DNA of 64,000 nt from Nitrospirales bacterium (GCA_965203295.1 CBDBCZ010000019.1:2624001-2688000); one strand, 5' to 3'; positions 40,891-52,091 are shown, numbered from the stretch's first letter. A program made the numbers and translations. Notes: generated by a model not told the origin, from the sequence alone.

Positions 40891-41700
40891 ATGGAAACGG
40901 TACGGGTTACCCTCCGGCTGTATCTTCGCGCCCTAGAGAAAGCTGTTCGTTCGTTCAAACAATGTTGGATAACGACCATCGCCGTGGTCCTATTTGCAGT
41001 TGCGATGAGTTTGGTGATGACGGTAGCCGTTTCCTTAGGACTATTGGGAGGTGTCCTCCTCGGCGGGGCCAACGCGTTCGTGGTCGGATGGACTCTTGGA
41101 TTGATAGAGCAGGGGGTTCTGGGATCCCGAGGTTTGGGGTGGAAGGATGTCTGGAGAAGCGCCGGCCACTATTTTTGGGATGTCATCAGCATTGGTTTCA
41201 TCGTATGGGTACCGTTGCAGATCTTAGAAATGGGCATCAAGGCCAACCCCTATGGGCCGGCCATTGTGTCAACAACATTTCTTTTGCTGTTCATTCTGCT
41301 CAACCCGGTTCCAGAGCTGATTTACCAAGGCCGACATGGCTCTCCCTTAGAGGTGATAAAGGAAAGTTATGACTTTATCATCGAAAACTGGATCGAGTGG
41401 TTTCTTCCATTGGTTGTGGTCTTGGCCCCTTTGGGATTGACGTTTTTCTTTTCGCTCACGAGTCAAGGAGGCCGACTGGTTGGCTTGGATTTTTTTCAAG
41501 TGCTGCACATGCCTTTTGCTATTCTCACCAGTTGGTTTCACTATGTGGGAGTCCCTCCATTGGTGTCCTCTCTTCTTGTACTCATCCTCACGCCAATGGC
41601 CACGGTATTTGTCCTTTTTTTCAGGGGGCACCTTTTTTCGGATTTGCATGGTTCTTCCAGGCGACAACGCATGTTTCAAGCTGGTGCCAGTGGTGGGTAA
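40891..41700 (+). CDS. Hypothetical integral membrane protein
   Basis: 269 aa with about 6 hydrophobic segments, LNPVPELIYQ and SRRQRMF motifs. Confidence 0.75.
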   Translation: METVRVTLRLYLRALEKAVRSFKQCWITTIAVVLFAVAMSLVMTVAVSLGLLGGVLLGGANAFVVGWTLGLIEQGVLGSRGLGWKDVWRSAGHYFWDVISIGFIVWVPLQILEMGIKANPYGPAIVSTTFLLLFILLNPVPELIYQGRHGSPLEVIKESYDFIIENWIEWFLPLVVVLAPLGLTFFFSLTSQGGRLVGLDFFQVLHMPFAILTSWFHYVGVPPLVSSLLVLILTPMATVFVLFFRGHLFSDLHGSSRRQRMFQAGASGG

Positions 41701-41906
41701 TCTTGTGAAGATGGATCTCAGGATCGTAAAAAGCCAGCAAACATGTCCCCTCTGCTTGTGGCCCCGCCAGGTGCATGATAAGATGGCCACTGTTCTTCAA
41801 CTTGTGGAAGACTTCCTAAACGCAAGGCATCGAGAACTCTCATCCATGGCCTCTTTAATAGAATGGGTTGGTAAGAACATATCCTCAAAACTGAAAACGG
41901 CGTTAC

Positions 41907-41996
<90 letters not shown>

Positions 41997-42049
41997 TCTC
42001 GATAGAGATACCTGAGTCAGGAGTTAGACTTTTCATAAAATGTGAGCTT

Positions 42050-42150
42050 GGGGCTGGGCCCTGTGCAACAGAATCCTGCGAACCCCGCCAGATCCGGAAG
42101 GAAGCAACGGTAAGTAGGCTCGCCTGGGTGCCGCAGGATCACCTGGCCCC
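42050..42150 (+). ncRNA. ffs: Signal recognition particle RNA (small bacterial type)
   Basis: GAACCCCGCCAGATCCGGAAGGAAGCAACGG helix-8 motif with GGAA tetraloop; terminal GGGGCTGGG/CCTGGCCCC pairing; typical ffs-dnaX-ybaB-recR synteny. Confidence 0.92.
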
Positions 42151-42244
42151 ACTTTAGTTAGATGACAACAGGATTGAGAAAGGACCCTCGTGAGGGGAAC
42201 GGGATCTGCGATTCTCGACTCTTCTCTCAAATTGGGTGAAGCAC

Positions 42245-44098
42245 ATGGAATACCAAGTTTCTGCTCGTAAGTACCGCCCTAGCACATTTCAGGATTTGAT
42301 CGGCCAGCCGCATGTGGTCCAAACCTTGAAAAATGCTATTGCAACCAAACGGGTGGCCCATGCCTACCTGTTTTCGGGGATGCGTGGCGTAGGGAAAACG
42401 ACGGCAGCTCGAATTCTGGCCAAGGCTCTCAATTGCGTACAGGGACCAACGGAACAGCCGTGCGACGAATGTGAAAGTTGTGTCGAGATTACGCGAGGCA
42501 ATTCGGTTGATGTTATTGAAATCGATGGAGCTTCGAATACCGGTGTCGACGACGTACGGGAGTTGCGAGAAAACGTCAAATTTGCCCCGTTTCGGGGATC
42601 ATATCGAGTGTACATCATCGACGAAGTTCATATGTTATCAAATTCGGCCTTTAATGCGTTGCTCAAAACGCTAGAAGAGCCCCCTGCCCACGCCATTTTT
42701 ATCTTTGCCACGACCGAGATTCACAAAATTCCTGCAACGATTCTTTCTCGTTGTCAGCATTTTAACTTTCGCCGAATCCCTCGATTAGAAATTGTGGATC
42801 GGTTGCGGCATGTGGCCGAACAGAATGGAGTCGCTGTAGAGGATCGTGGGTTCGTGCTTATCGCCAGAGTCAGTGACGGAAGCATGAGAGATGCCTTGAG
42901 CCTATTGGACCAAGCAGTCGCCTTTGGAGGATCAACGGTCCAATGTGAAGACTTGGAAAAAATGTTGGGGTCGGTTCCGGATACACTTATTCAGGATTTA
43001 GTGACAGCCCTCATTTGCCAAGATGCTCCTCGGGGAGTGGAACTCGTGGCTGAAATCCTTGACCGAGGATACGATCTTCGCTCTTCCTGCAGTGCAGTTG
43101 TCGAGCGAATCCGTCACTTACTCATCACTTCAGTGGTCTCGTCTCGGGAGCAAGTTCAAACTCTTATGGATCTTCCTGTGGAAGAGGTCGAGCAAATTAT
43201 CAAAGATGCCGAATCATGCGCTCCAGAGAAACTCCGAGCGATCTTTGAGATTTTTTCACGTGTTGAGGATGCCTTAAGAGGAACGATGCATCCTCGATTT
43301 GCGTTTGAAGTTGCCGTCGTTCGTGCCGCTTGCTTATCTCACACAAATTCGGAACCTACCTCTACCACAGACGACAAGGCATCGAGAAATCAGACTGCCG
43401 CGTTGCCTCAACGGTCCCAAGCCCCTCAGCCCTCAGAACCACCGAAAACGGCTCCAAGGTCGACCGAGAGTCGTACTCAACACAAGTCCGCTCTGTCTCC
43501 TGCAGATTCTTCAACACACGCGAGCAAGGCTGAATCGTCTCCTGTAAAACCTGTCAAGAATGAAGAGGGAAGACTGTCCCCTTCGAAGTTGGGTTCCGAA
43601 CAGCCGTCTATGTTGGCCAAAGATCTTCCCCAAAAATCCGAAACGGTTAAAGATGCATCGACCCCATCTAATCCAGCTTTAAGCATGGAGCAGTGGGAAC
43701 ATGTCGTGGACCAAGTGGTCACACAATACCCCAATATTGGAACCTTTTTAGAAATGGGGACCCTCGTGAAAATCGATGGTGACCAAGTCGTGATCGGATA
43801 CCCTAAAACTGCCTCTGTTGCGTGTTCCCGAATTCAAAAGGAGGAACATCGAGGAGTCGTGGCCAAGCTGGTTGAAGAATGTGTAGGCCGGCCTGTTCCC
43901 ATTCGAGTCGTGGAGCTCAAAGAAGGAGAGGCTACCGGTCTCACGATTGGCCAAACTAGGGCGAAGTTGCGAGAGTCTGAGGATCAGACCCTATTAGAAG
44001 ATGCCCGAGCCCATCCCTTAGTCAAGCAAGCCATGGAGATTTTTGGGGGAAAAGTGGTAAAGGCACGACGAGTTCCTATCAATAAGGAGGCATCCTGA
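42245..44098 (+). CDS. dnaX: DNA polymerase III subunit gamma/tau
   Basis: ARKYRP, GMRGVGKTT, EIDGASN, IDEVHML, SRC, DGSMRDALS. Confidence 0.97.
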   Translation: MEYQVSARKYRPSTFQDLIGQPHVVQTLKNAIATKRVAHAYLFSGMRGVGKTTAARILAKALNCVQGPTEQPCDECESCVEITRGNSVDVIEIDGASNTGVDDVRELRENVKFAPFRGSYRVYIIDEVHMLSNSAFNALLKTLEEPPAHAIFIFATTEIHKIPATILSRCQHFNFRRIPRLEIVDRLRHVAEQNGVAVEDRGFVLIARVSDGSMRDALSLLDQAVAFGGSTVQCEDLEKMLGSVPDTLIQDLVTALICQDAPRGVELVAEILDRGYDLRSSCSAVVERIRHLLITSVVSSREQVQTLMDLPVEEVEQIIKDAESCAPEKLRAIFEIFSRVEDALRGTMHPRFAFEVAVVRAACLSHTNSEPTSTTDDKASRNQTAALPQRSQAPQPSEPPKTAPRSTESRTQHKSALSPADSSTHASKAESSPVKPVKNEEGRLSPSKLGSEQPSMLAKDLPQKSETVKDASTPSNPALSMEQWEHVVDQVVTQYPNIGTFLEMGTLVKIDGDQVVIGYPKTASVACSRIQKEEHRGVVAKLVEECVGRPVPIRVVELKEGEATGLTIGQTRAKLRESEDQTLLEDARAHPLVKQAMEIFGGKVVKARRVPINKEAS

Positions 44099-44424
44099 TG
44101 TCCAAAAATCCCTTGGGTAATATGGGACAATTCATGAAGCAAGCTCAACAGATGCAGGAACGCTTAGGGAAAATTCAGGAAGAGGCTGCATCAAAAACAG
44201 TAGAAGCCTCCGCGGGTGGAGGGGTAGTCAAAGTCGCCGTAAATGGAGCCACGCAGGTGACAAAGATCATCATTGATCCAGAAGTCATCAAGTCGGAAGA
44301 GTCCGAAATGCTCCAAGATCTTCTCGTCGCTGCGACGAATGAAGGCTTGCGTAAGGCCAAGGAGATGATGGCGGAAGAAGTCAAGGGGCTCACCGGCGGA
44401 ATGGGAATTCCTGGACTCTTTTAG
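44098..44424 (+). CDS. ybaB: YbaB/EbfC nucleoid-associated protein
   Basis: MKQAQQMQ, EASAGGGVVKV, LQDLLVAA. Confidence 0.94.
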   Translation: MSKNPLGNMGQFMKQAQQMQERLGKIQEEAASKTVEASAGGGVVKVAVNGATQVTKIIIDPEVIKSEESEMLQDLLVAATNEGLRKAKEMMAEEVKGLTGGMGIPGLF

Positions 44425-44467
44425 GTTCGAGAATAAGGGTTTGATCCGCTGGGATAATCAATAAGAC

Positions 44468-45082
44468 ATGAGCAAGCATTATGATCCTTCACACCAAGGG
44501 TTATTAGGGAAGTTGGTTCGGGAGTTTTGTCGCCTTCCTGGCATCGGGCAAAAAACGGCTCAACGGCTGGCGTTTCACATCATGAAGGCAAACCGAGAAG
44601 AGGCACTCCGGCTAGCCGAGGCCATTCACGATGTCAAAGAACATGTCGCACTGTGCGTGCAATGTTGGAACATTGCTGAAGGTGAACTGTGTACCATTTG
44701 TCAAGATCCCAAACGAGATCGCACGAAAATTCTCGTGGTAGAGGAGCCCAGCACGTTGCATGCCATTGAACAAAGTAAAGGATTTCATGGTTTGTATCAC
44801 GTCCTGATGGGGTCCCTCTCCCCTCTTGAAGGAGTTGGACCGAACGATATTCGAGCCAAGGAACTCGAGTTGCGCGTCAAAAGCGGAGGAGTCGAAGAAG
44901 TGATCGTGGCGACGAACCCGACGATTGAAGGTGAGGCTACCTCTATTTATCTGACGAAAATTCTCAAACCGTATGGGGTTCTGGTGTCGAGAATCGCCTA
45001 TGGTATTCCCGTCGGCATGGATATTGAGTACGCGGATGAAGTCACCTTGACAAAATCCATTGAAGGAAGGAGGAATTTATAG
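44468..45082 (+). CDS. recR: Recombination protein RecR
   Basis: LPGIGQKTAQRLA HhH, C4 zinc finger, ATNPTIEGEAT Toprim. Confidence 0.97.
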   Translation: MSKHYDPSHQGLLGKLVREFCRLPGIGQKTAQRLAFHIMKANREEALRLAEAIHDVKEHVALCVQCWNIAEGELCTICQDPKRDRTKILVVEEPSTLHAIEQSKGFHGLYHVLMGSLSPLEGVGPNDIRAKELELRVKSGGVEEVIVATNPTIEGEATSIYLTKILKPYGVLVSRIAYGIPVGMDIEYADEVTLTKSIEGRRNL

Positions 45083-45407
45083 TCGCTCCATGAAAAAAGT
45101 TTCCCACGGCGCTCTGACTTAGTCACCCCCTCCAGCAGCCATTTCCCGTCTTCAATCAAGGTGTTTCATCAAAAGGCGCCTCGTAACTGCCGATTTAGGT
45201 TCATGAAGTGTAAGAATGATCATTTCTACGCTTGCCCCCCGTTACCCTTGAAATCTCAATAACTGCTCTACTTCGTAATCAGCTAGCTGTGCTCTCACAT
45301 ACACTCTCTTGAGGAGAGATCTTCTTGCTTCCTGATGATAAGGGTGAGCTCAACTGGGGTGATTCGAGTTCATGGTATCCGAACTGAGTTATGGTAGTAT
45401 ACGAGTC

Positions 45408-46217
45408 ATGACGTGTTCTCATTCCCTTGATTCAGCAACCCTCCTGGAATTTCAAAAAATCGCCACAGAAGCCGCCCAAGTCGGTGGCACAATCTTGCAA
45501 CACTATATCCAAGCAGGATTCAAGATTGAGCACAAAGACTTAGTGAATCTTGTAACGGATGCCGATCGCAAGTCGGAAGCAGCTATCGTGAATGTTCTTC
45601 GTCGAGCTTACCCCTCCCATCAAATTTTAGCTGAGTAAGAAGGGATTCATGCAGCTTCACCATTACCATTCAAATGGATCATCGATCCTTTGGATGGGAC
45701 GACCAATTTTGCCCATGGGTTTCCCATGTACGCAGTCTCCATTGGGCTGGAGTATGAGGGGAGGTGTATTGTCGGGGTCGTGTGGGATCCGACGAGACAG
45801 GAACTCTATGTGAGCGCGAAGGGAGAAGGAGCCACCCTCAATGGTCAACCCATTCAGGTCTCAAAGGTGTCCAAACTGAATCACGCGTTATTGGTGACCG
45901 AGTTTGGATACGATATTCGTGAGACGGCGGACAATAACCTCGATGAATTTTGCCGGTTTTCCCTTCTTGCCCAAGGAGTGAGACGAACTGGCACCGCGGC
46001 TCTCGACATGTGCTATGTGGCATGTGGGCGGTTTGATGGCTTTTGGGAGCTCAAGCTCAATCCATGGGATACGGCAGCTGGCTTGGTCATGATCCAAGAA
46101 GCGGGAGGGCGAGTCACGAACTACCAAAACGAACCTTTTTCTGTCTATGGAAAGAAGATTGTGGCCAGTAACGGGTTCATTCATGAGAAGATCCTAGAGG
46201 TGTTAAAGGAAAGTTAG
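45408..46217 (+). pseudogene. suhB: Inositol monophosphatase (SuhB-like) interrupted by in-frame TAA
   Basis: VTDADRKSE...ILAE*EG...WIIDPLDGTTNFAHG...WDTAAG in one frame; TAA at 45636-45638 where the second Glu of the conserved EE is expected. Confidence 0.9.
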
Positions 46218-46220
46218 GAA

Positions 46221-47054
46221 ATGAAAACCTTTCTTAAGATTCTCCTACTCCTCCTCATTGTTGTGGCTGTGGGTGTGTTGTTAATTAGCCCTTCGCTCAA
46301 TGCCCTCGTCAAAACGGGTGTAGAAACCATAGGGACACAGGTTCTTGGAACATCCGTCACTCTCAAGGAGGTCGACATCTCGTTGATACCAGAGGGTGAC
46401 TTTCTCCAGGGGAGTTTCGCGGAGCTGGTTGTGAAAAATCCACCAGGATTTCAAACAGATGAGGCCTTTTGGCTTCCCTCAATTCAAATCCGCGTGAATC
46501 GACAATCCGTACTCACGGACACCGTCATTATTGAAGAAATAGTCATTGATGAACCGGAGGTGACCTTTGAAGGAGGGCCACGCGTGACGATTAATCTTGA
46601 CACGATTAATACATGTCTCAATGAATTTTCTAGAGGTGAGCCGAGCCAATCAGAGAAAAAGGAACCATCTAATGAAGGTCAAGACGAGAAAGTGAATCAA
46701 GTCGAGCAAGAGGAAGCCGAGGAAGCCAATGATAAAAAGCTTCAAATTAACCATGTGATCGTGAAGAACGGCACCATCAACCTGAGTGTGCTGAGTATGA
46801 AGGGGCTCGTATTTGCAGTGCCTCTTCCCGATCTCCATTTGCGAGATATCGGGAAAGCCTCAGGAGGCGTAAGTATTGAACAAGCTTCCGCCGAAGTGTT
46901 CGACGGGGTCTATGCCAGTATCACCAAAACAGTTTCAAAGTCAGGAAAATTGAGCGATGGGGGAACTGATAAGCTCAAACGAACGGTCGAGGCTTTGGGG
47001 GAAGCTGGGGAGAAAGCCGGCAGGGCCATTCTCAAAGGATTATTCGGTCAATAA
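46221..47054 (+). CDS. AsmA-like membrane-anchored protein
   Basis: N-terminal TM, LGTSVTL, VKNPPGF, IEEIVIDEPEVTFE, LPDLHLRDIG. Confidence 0.65.
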   Translation: MKTFLKILLLLLIVVAVGVLLISPSLNALVKTGVETIGTQVLGTSVTLKEVDISLIPEGDFLQGSFAELVVKNPPGFQTDEAFWLPSIQIRVNRQSVLTDTVIIEEIVIDEPEVTFEGGPRVTINLDTINTCLNEFSRGEPSQSEKKEPSNEGQDEKVNQVEQEEAEEANDKKLQINHVIVKNGTINLSVLSMKGLVFAVPLPDLHLRDIGKASGGVSIEQASAEVFDGVYASITKTVSKSGKLSDGGTDKLKRTVEALGEAGEKAGRAILKGLFGQ

Positions 47055-47083
47055 TGGCTTGAGAACTTTTTCCCATAAGCCAC

Positions 47084-47746
47084 TGACCTGCCCCCTTTAA
47101 ACCGCTCCTGAGTCTATGTGACAGGCTTGAGGACATTAAAGGAGGGGCATATGCCACGCGTCAAATTCTCCGTCGAACCAATCATTCCCAAACTCCGTGA
47201 AGCGGAAGTGCTGTTAGCTCAAGGGTAAACGATAAAAGATATTTGTCGGAAGTGGAGTCTGACCGAACCCGCCTACTATCGCTGGCGGCATGAGTATGGG
47301 GGTCTGAAACTCGATCAGGCGAAACGGCTCAAGGATTGGGAACGTGAGAAGACCCGGTTGAAACGCGCCGTTGCCGAGCTGACTTTGGACAAGTTGATTG
47401 TGAAGGAAGCCGCTGAGGGAACCTGCTACGCCCCACTCGGCGACGTCGGGCGGTCGTCACGATCGGTCAGCGGTTGGGGGGCGAACAACGGACGTGTCAG
47501 GTGTTGGGGCCACCACAAGCTCCCCAACGGTATCGAGCCGATATCCCGAACGAAGAGCGAGCTTGGAGGAAAGCGATTGTCCGTCTGGCCAGGCAATATG
47601 GTCGCTATAGGTATCGCCGGATTACGGCGTTGCTTCACACAGAGGGCGGGCGAGTGAATCATAAACGCGTGGAGCGAATATGGCGGCAGGAGGGGTTAAA
47701 GGTGCCTCAGAAACAACCTAAACGCGGGCGATTTTGGTTGAAGGAT
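47084..47746 (+). mobile_element. Truncated IS3-family element (IS407-group-like)
   Basis: Left end TGACCTGCCCCC; OrfA MPRVKFS...KLREAEVLLAQG*...YYRWR...LDKLIVKEA with an in-frame stop; OrfB YGRYRYRRITALL...VNHKRVERIWRQEGL ends before the DDE domain. Confidence 0.88.
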
Positions 47747-47759
47747 GTTTATGGAACAA

Positions 47760-48198
47760 TCACCGAGGGCGGGTCAATCTTAAAACTTTTTTGGACAAGA
47801 AGTTCCAAAATCTGACCTACCTGGGCATTGACCAGATGCCCGAGTTTATCGCAGCAGAGAGGGAACGCTATCAAGACTGTCCTGACACCTATTTCTACCA
47901 GACCGATTTTACGACCGTTGCGTTACCCCAGGTTGAGTATGTCCTCGCATCTGGCGCCCTGGGCTACCGCTGCAACAATCCCGATTTTTACTTCGACATG
48001 ATCTGAAAAATGTACGAGACTGCTAAGAGGGCCGTCGCGTTCAACATGCTCGACGCGGCTCGATTCCCAGAGGATGAGCTACTCGTCGGGCATGACTGCG
48101 AAAAGATCATGTTATTCTGTCACACGCTTTCACCGCGCACCAAGATGGTCAGAGGGTATCTGGACGATGATTTTACGATTATGATAGGGAAGGAGTAG
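47760..48198 (+). pseudogene. Class I SAM-dependent methyltransferase fragment
   Basis: YLGIDQMPEFI, YVLASGAL, in-frame TGA at 48004-48006, then VAFNML...YLDDDFTI; 5' end is lost at the IS junction. Confidence 0.65.
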
Positions 48199-48262
48199 GT
48201 ACGAGGCTGAACTCTGTTGTCTTCAGGTAAAGAAGCTAGCCCATACCATGAAAAGGATTCTA

Positions 48263-49139
48263 ATGAAGCCAGGGATATCGGCCATTCTCCTCATTCACTG
48301 TAAGGATAAAAGGGGATCGTGGCTCGAGTGGCCGGATTCATTCACGATTGTGGTGGCAATATACTGGATTCCGATCATCACACTGATCGGGAAACTGGAG
48401 ACTTCTTGATGCGAACGGTCTTCGAACTTGATGGGTTCCAGATTCCCAGAGACGAAATTGCCGCTTCATTTGCTCCCATCGCCAAAGTTTTTGACATCTT
48501 GTTTCAACTTCACTTCTCGGATCGACGCCCTCGAGTAGGCCTCTTAGTGTCTCAACTCGACCACTGCCTGGTTGACCTTCTTCAGCGACAACGACGGAGT
48601 GAATTGGAGATCGATATTCCCGTCATTGTTTCAAATCATGAAGTCTGCCGATTTTGGGCCGAATTGTTTGGCATCCCATTTATTCACTATCCGATTAGAG
48701 ATGGGAACAAACAGGAGCAAGAAGAAGATGTGCTTGCGGCATTCAAAGGGCGGCACGTGTCACTGTTAGTGATGGCTCGTTATATGCAAATTCTGAGTAG
48801 CACGTTTTTAGACAGGATTGGATGCCCGATCATAAATATTCACCATTCGTTTCTTCCGGCCTTTACAGGAGCGAAACCTTATCACCAAGCCTACCAGCGA
48901 GGCGTGAAGGTTATCGGAGCGACAGCGCACTACGCCACGGCCGAGCTTGATGAGGGGCCTATTATTGAACAAGATGTCATTCGGATCGGGCACCGAGATT
49001 CCATCCAGGATCTTATTCGAACCAGGATCTTATTCGAAAAGGTCGGGACCTCGAGGTGATCGTTTTGGCCAGAGCGGTGCGCGCGCACGTAGAGCATCGG
49101 GTACTGATTTACGGGCAGAAGACGGTCATTTTTGATTAG
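48263..49139 (+). pseudogene. purU: Formyltetrahydrofolate deformylase, doubly frameshifted
   Basis: ACT domain start IHCKDK broken at about 48310; [26 protein letters not shown]; a 17-bp duplication at 49005..49038 shifts away the tail [21 protein letters not shown]...KTVIFD. Confidence 0.92.
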
Positions 49140-49193
49140 AAGGTACTCTGTGCAGAACGCTGGTGTAAACTGCAGACACTGACAACGTGGTGC

Positions 49194-51698
49194 TTAGGGT
49201 GTGACTGTTTTCTCTGGTCCTAACGGTTTAAAAAGAAGAAGCAAGGCCGCCAATAACGTTAAGTTGCTCATGAGCGCGACAAGCATGGCAAATCCAGTGA
49301 GCACCCCAAAATAAATAGTCGGGATAAAGTTCGACAACGCTAAGATTGAAAACCCAACCGTAATCGTCAACGCTGTGTAATAAATGGCTCGCCCAATGCT
49401 GCCATGGCAGGCCCGGATGGTGTCGGGATAGTGATTATATTTGGCGAATTCCACTTGAAACCGGTGGATATAGTGAATGGCGTGGTCGACGGCAATTCCC
49501 ACGGTGATGGTAGCAATCGTGATGGTCATGATGTCCAAGGGTATTCCAATCCAGCCCATGAGTCCGAGAACCGAACAGGCAGCGAGAATGTTGGGGATAA
49601 TCGCCAGCACCGATAATCTGACACTTCTAAACAAGACGATGAACATGCCCAGAATGCTAACAAAGACCACCCCCAAAGTCAGAATCTGTGATCGATACAG
49701 GCTCTGAAGCAAGTTGTTGTAGAGGACCGCCATGCCGGTTGGATGGACATTAGCCTCAGAAAATTTCATGTCTTCAACGAGGTAGGTCTTGATTTTATCG
49801 ATGAGGGCTTGTCGTTTGAGCGTTGGGGCTGATTCTATGAGACGCATCGTGATACGGACTTGGTTCGCATCTGGAGAGAGATAGGGGTCAATCAGCGCTT
49901 CTTTGACATCCTCTGGGACCAGCTTTCGAAAAACGGCCAATTCATAATCCTCTGGCATTTGCCCGTCGTTCAGTTCCTTGAACACTTTCATTCCTGTGGC
50001 AATCGACAGCACTTTCCCTACTTCAGGAAGCCCTTCCAGGTAGTCATGAATCTCCTCTACCTTATTAAGCATATCCCCATTAAACCAATAGGTATAATCG
50101 TCCGCTTCGCTTTCATTGCCAAAGGGGTCATCAAAGGGATCCCCGGTATCTTCTAATTCTTCGAGTGACGCAAAAAAGTCATCATCTGCGTCAATTACAA
50201 ATTCCAGGGGAATCGTCCCTCCAAGTTGAGTATCAATCAACTCCATACCCTGATAAATTTCTGTGGTGCTTTTAAAGTGATCGATGAAGCGGTTTTCGAC
50301 ATCTAATTGGGAAATGCCCAGAACACCCAGCACCGCTAAGATCGAGCAAAACACTATGATCTTTATCGAATGGTGCTGAGTGAAAGAAGCCACTGCGAGA
50401 GTGAATGCGCGTGTTCGATCTGGGCGGGTAATCGCTTTCTCGGGACGTAAGAGTATGAGAACGGAGGGGAAATAGACAAAATTCAAAACAAAGGCGAAAA
50501 GAATCCCAACCGTCATCATCCACCCAAAATCAATGACCGGCCGGATATCGCTGACGATAAGAGAACAGAAAGCAACGATCGTGGTGATGGCAGTATAAAA
50601 GCAAGGTTTGGCCATTATCCGCATGGTATCGAACACGACCGTTTTCTGATCTGCGGTAGGATTGTTTTCAAGCAAAATCCGATACCGCACAATAAGATGG
50701 ATGGTTAAAGACATGGTGATAATGAGCAAGAGTGAAATAAAATTTGATGAAATGACGGTGACCCGCCAATCAAAGTATCCGAGAAAACCAACCATGACGC
50801 TCAACGAGATCAGACAGCATGACATAGAAAGAAGCACCCAGCGGAGCTTTCTGAAAAAATAGCTAAGGGCTAGAATCAAAAAACAGCCCACTCCCAATCC
50901 GAAGACGACAATATCGTGCTCAATAAAGCTGATCATATCCGACGTAATCATACGAGCCCCGCCTAAATACATCTGAGCCTTATCTCGGTATTTATCCATG
51001 ATAGTCCGTACCGTATGAGTGTCTTGACTCTCCATGTCCACGAATTTGGCAAGATAGTCACTAAACTCGCAGGTGGCTTTTTTGAGTTGATTCGACTCCT
51101 CAGGTGTCAGGCCTGAAGCGACTTCTTTCTCTCCAAGCTGATTGCGCGTTTTTAATAAGGAATAGTACTTTTCGTCGCGTTTGAAGATCACTTGGAGTGC
51201 TGTAGTCTGGCCGTCTGGGCTGACCAGATTGTTCCGGTAAATAGGGCTTTCCAGAAATTCCTTCCGGGCAAGTTCTTTATCGACGCCTGGTGTCTGAAGT
51301 GTCCTGACTCCTCCTTCATCAGTGAGTTCAGAGATTGAAACCTTTGGGCTGTTCAATAAAGGGACATCCAATATGGTAAAGATCGACTCCACCCTCTCCA
51401 ACTGAGACAACTCATCACGCAATGATTTGAGATTGGCAAGAGAACTTGGTGACAACAAATCATCCGGAGGAGTATAGGTAATGACCAAGAAGTCATCTGA
51501 GCCGTAAACTTCACGGATAGCGCGGTAATACTTCAAATCCTGGTCATGCTCTAAGACGAGAGATTCAGCTGAGGCATCGAGCTTAAACTTGGGTCCTTGA
51601 AGTGCAAAAAAGACGACAATCAGAAACACGAACAATAACGAGATGATGGGTCGTTCAATGACGCTCTTTTGGTAAAAACGAAGGAGGAACGAACTCAT
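49194..51698 (-). CDS. MMPL/RND-superfamily transporter
   Basis: Two repeats of TM plus large loop plus 5 TMs; TAITTIVAF, GIAVDHAIH, TITVGFSIL. Confidence 0.88.
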   Translation of the reverse strand: MSSFLLRFYQKSVIERPIISLLFVFLIVVFFALQGPKFKLDASAESLVLEHDQDLKYYRAIREVYGSDDFLVITYTPPDDLLSPSSLANLKSLRDELSQLERVESIFTILDVPLLNSPKVSISELTDEGGVRTLQTPGVDKELARKEFLESPIYRNNLVSPDGQTTALQVIFKRDEKYYSLLKTRNQLGEKEVASGLTPEESNQLKKATCEFSDYLAKFVDMESQDTHTVRTIMDKYRDKAQMYLGGARMITSDMISFIEHDIVVFGLGVGCFLILALSYFFRKLRWVLLSMSCCLISLSVMVGFLGYFDWRVTVISSNFISLLLIITMSLTIHLIVRYRILLENNPTADQKTVVFDTMRIMAKPCFYTAITTIVAFCSLIVSDIRPVIDFGWMMTVGILFAFVLNFVYFPSVLILLRPEKAITRPDRTRAFTLAVASFTQHHSIKIIVFCSILAVLGVLGISQLDVENRFIDHFKSTTEIYQGMELIDTQLGGTIPLEFVIDADDDFFASLEELEDTGDPFDDPFGNESEADDYTYWFNGDMLNKVEEIHDYLEGLPEVGKVLSIATGMKVFKELNDGQMPEDYELAVFRKLVPEDVKEALIDPYLSPDANQVRITMRLIESAPTLKRQALIDKIKTYLVEDMKFSEANVHPTGMAVLYNNLLQSLYRSQILTLGVVFVSILGMFIVLFRSVRLSVLAIIPNILAACSVLGLMGWIGIPLDIMTITIATITVGIAVDHAIHYIHRFQVEFAKYNHYPDTIRACHGSIGRAIYYTALTITVGFSILALSNFIPTIYFGVLTGFAMLVALMSNLTLLAALLLLFKPLGPEKTVTP

Positions 51699-52091
51699 GA
51701 TTTTTGCTCTATCTGTTCCTGATAAGGAGTGAAATGATTCTTCTTGTGGCCAAACACAAAGAAGCGACACTAAACATAGACTGAATATGAGAAAATTGTT
51801 TCAACAGAAGCGAATGGATGATTGGGAGCTCAACCTCGTGACTTGCTGGAAACACTCATACTCTGGAATCCGACGACGGAGCCAAGGCTGGGCGTACCAA
51901 GGCCTGCGCATCATCCTTCTGATGAGATCGGAAAGTCAAGAAAGATCCATGAGTATGAGGAGTTGAAAAGGAAACCCTTCATAAGAGCAAGCATCTTTGG
52001 TCTTGCTTCCTGATTGTACTGTCTGCACCGCCCTCTCGCATTCTCACTAACTTTTAACAATGTGTCGAGTTTGGCACGAAAACTTCATGAA

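Noticed and set aside
42245..44098. Programmed -1 frameshift in dnaX
   Set aside because: No A6G-type slippery site with a downstream hairpin was seen at the expected position.
45636..48006. Stop-codon reassignment suggested by in-frame TAA (suhB, IS orfA) and TGA (methyltransferase)
   Set aside because: TAA, TGA and TAG all terminate conserved genes at the expected positions in this window, and the affected genes carry other decay marks.
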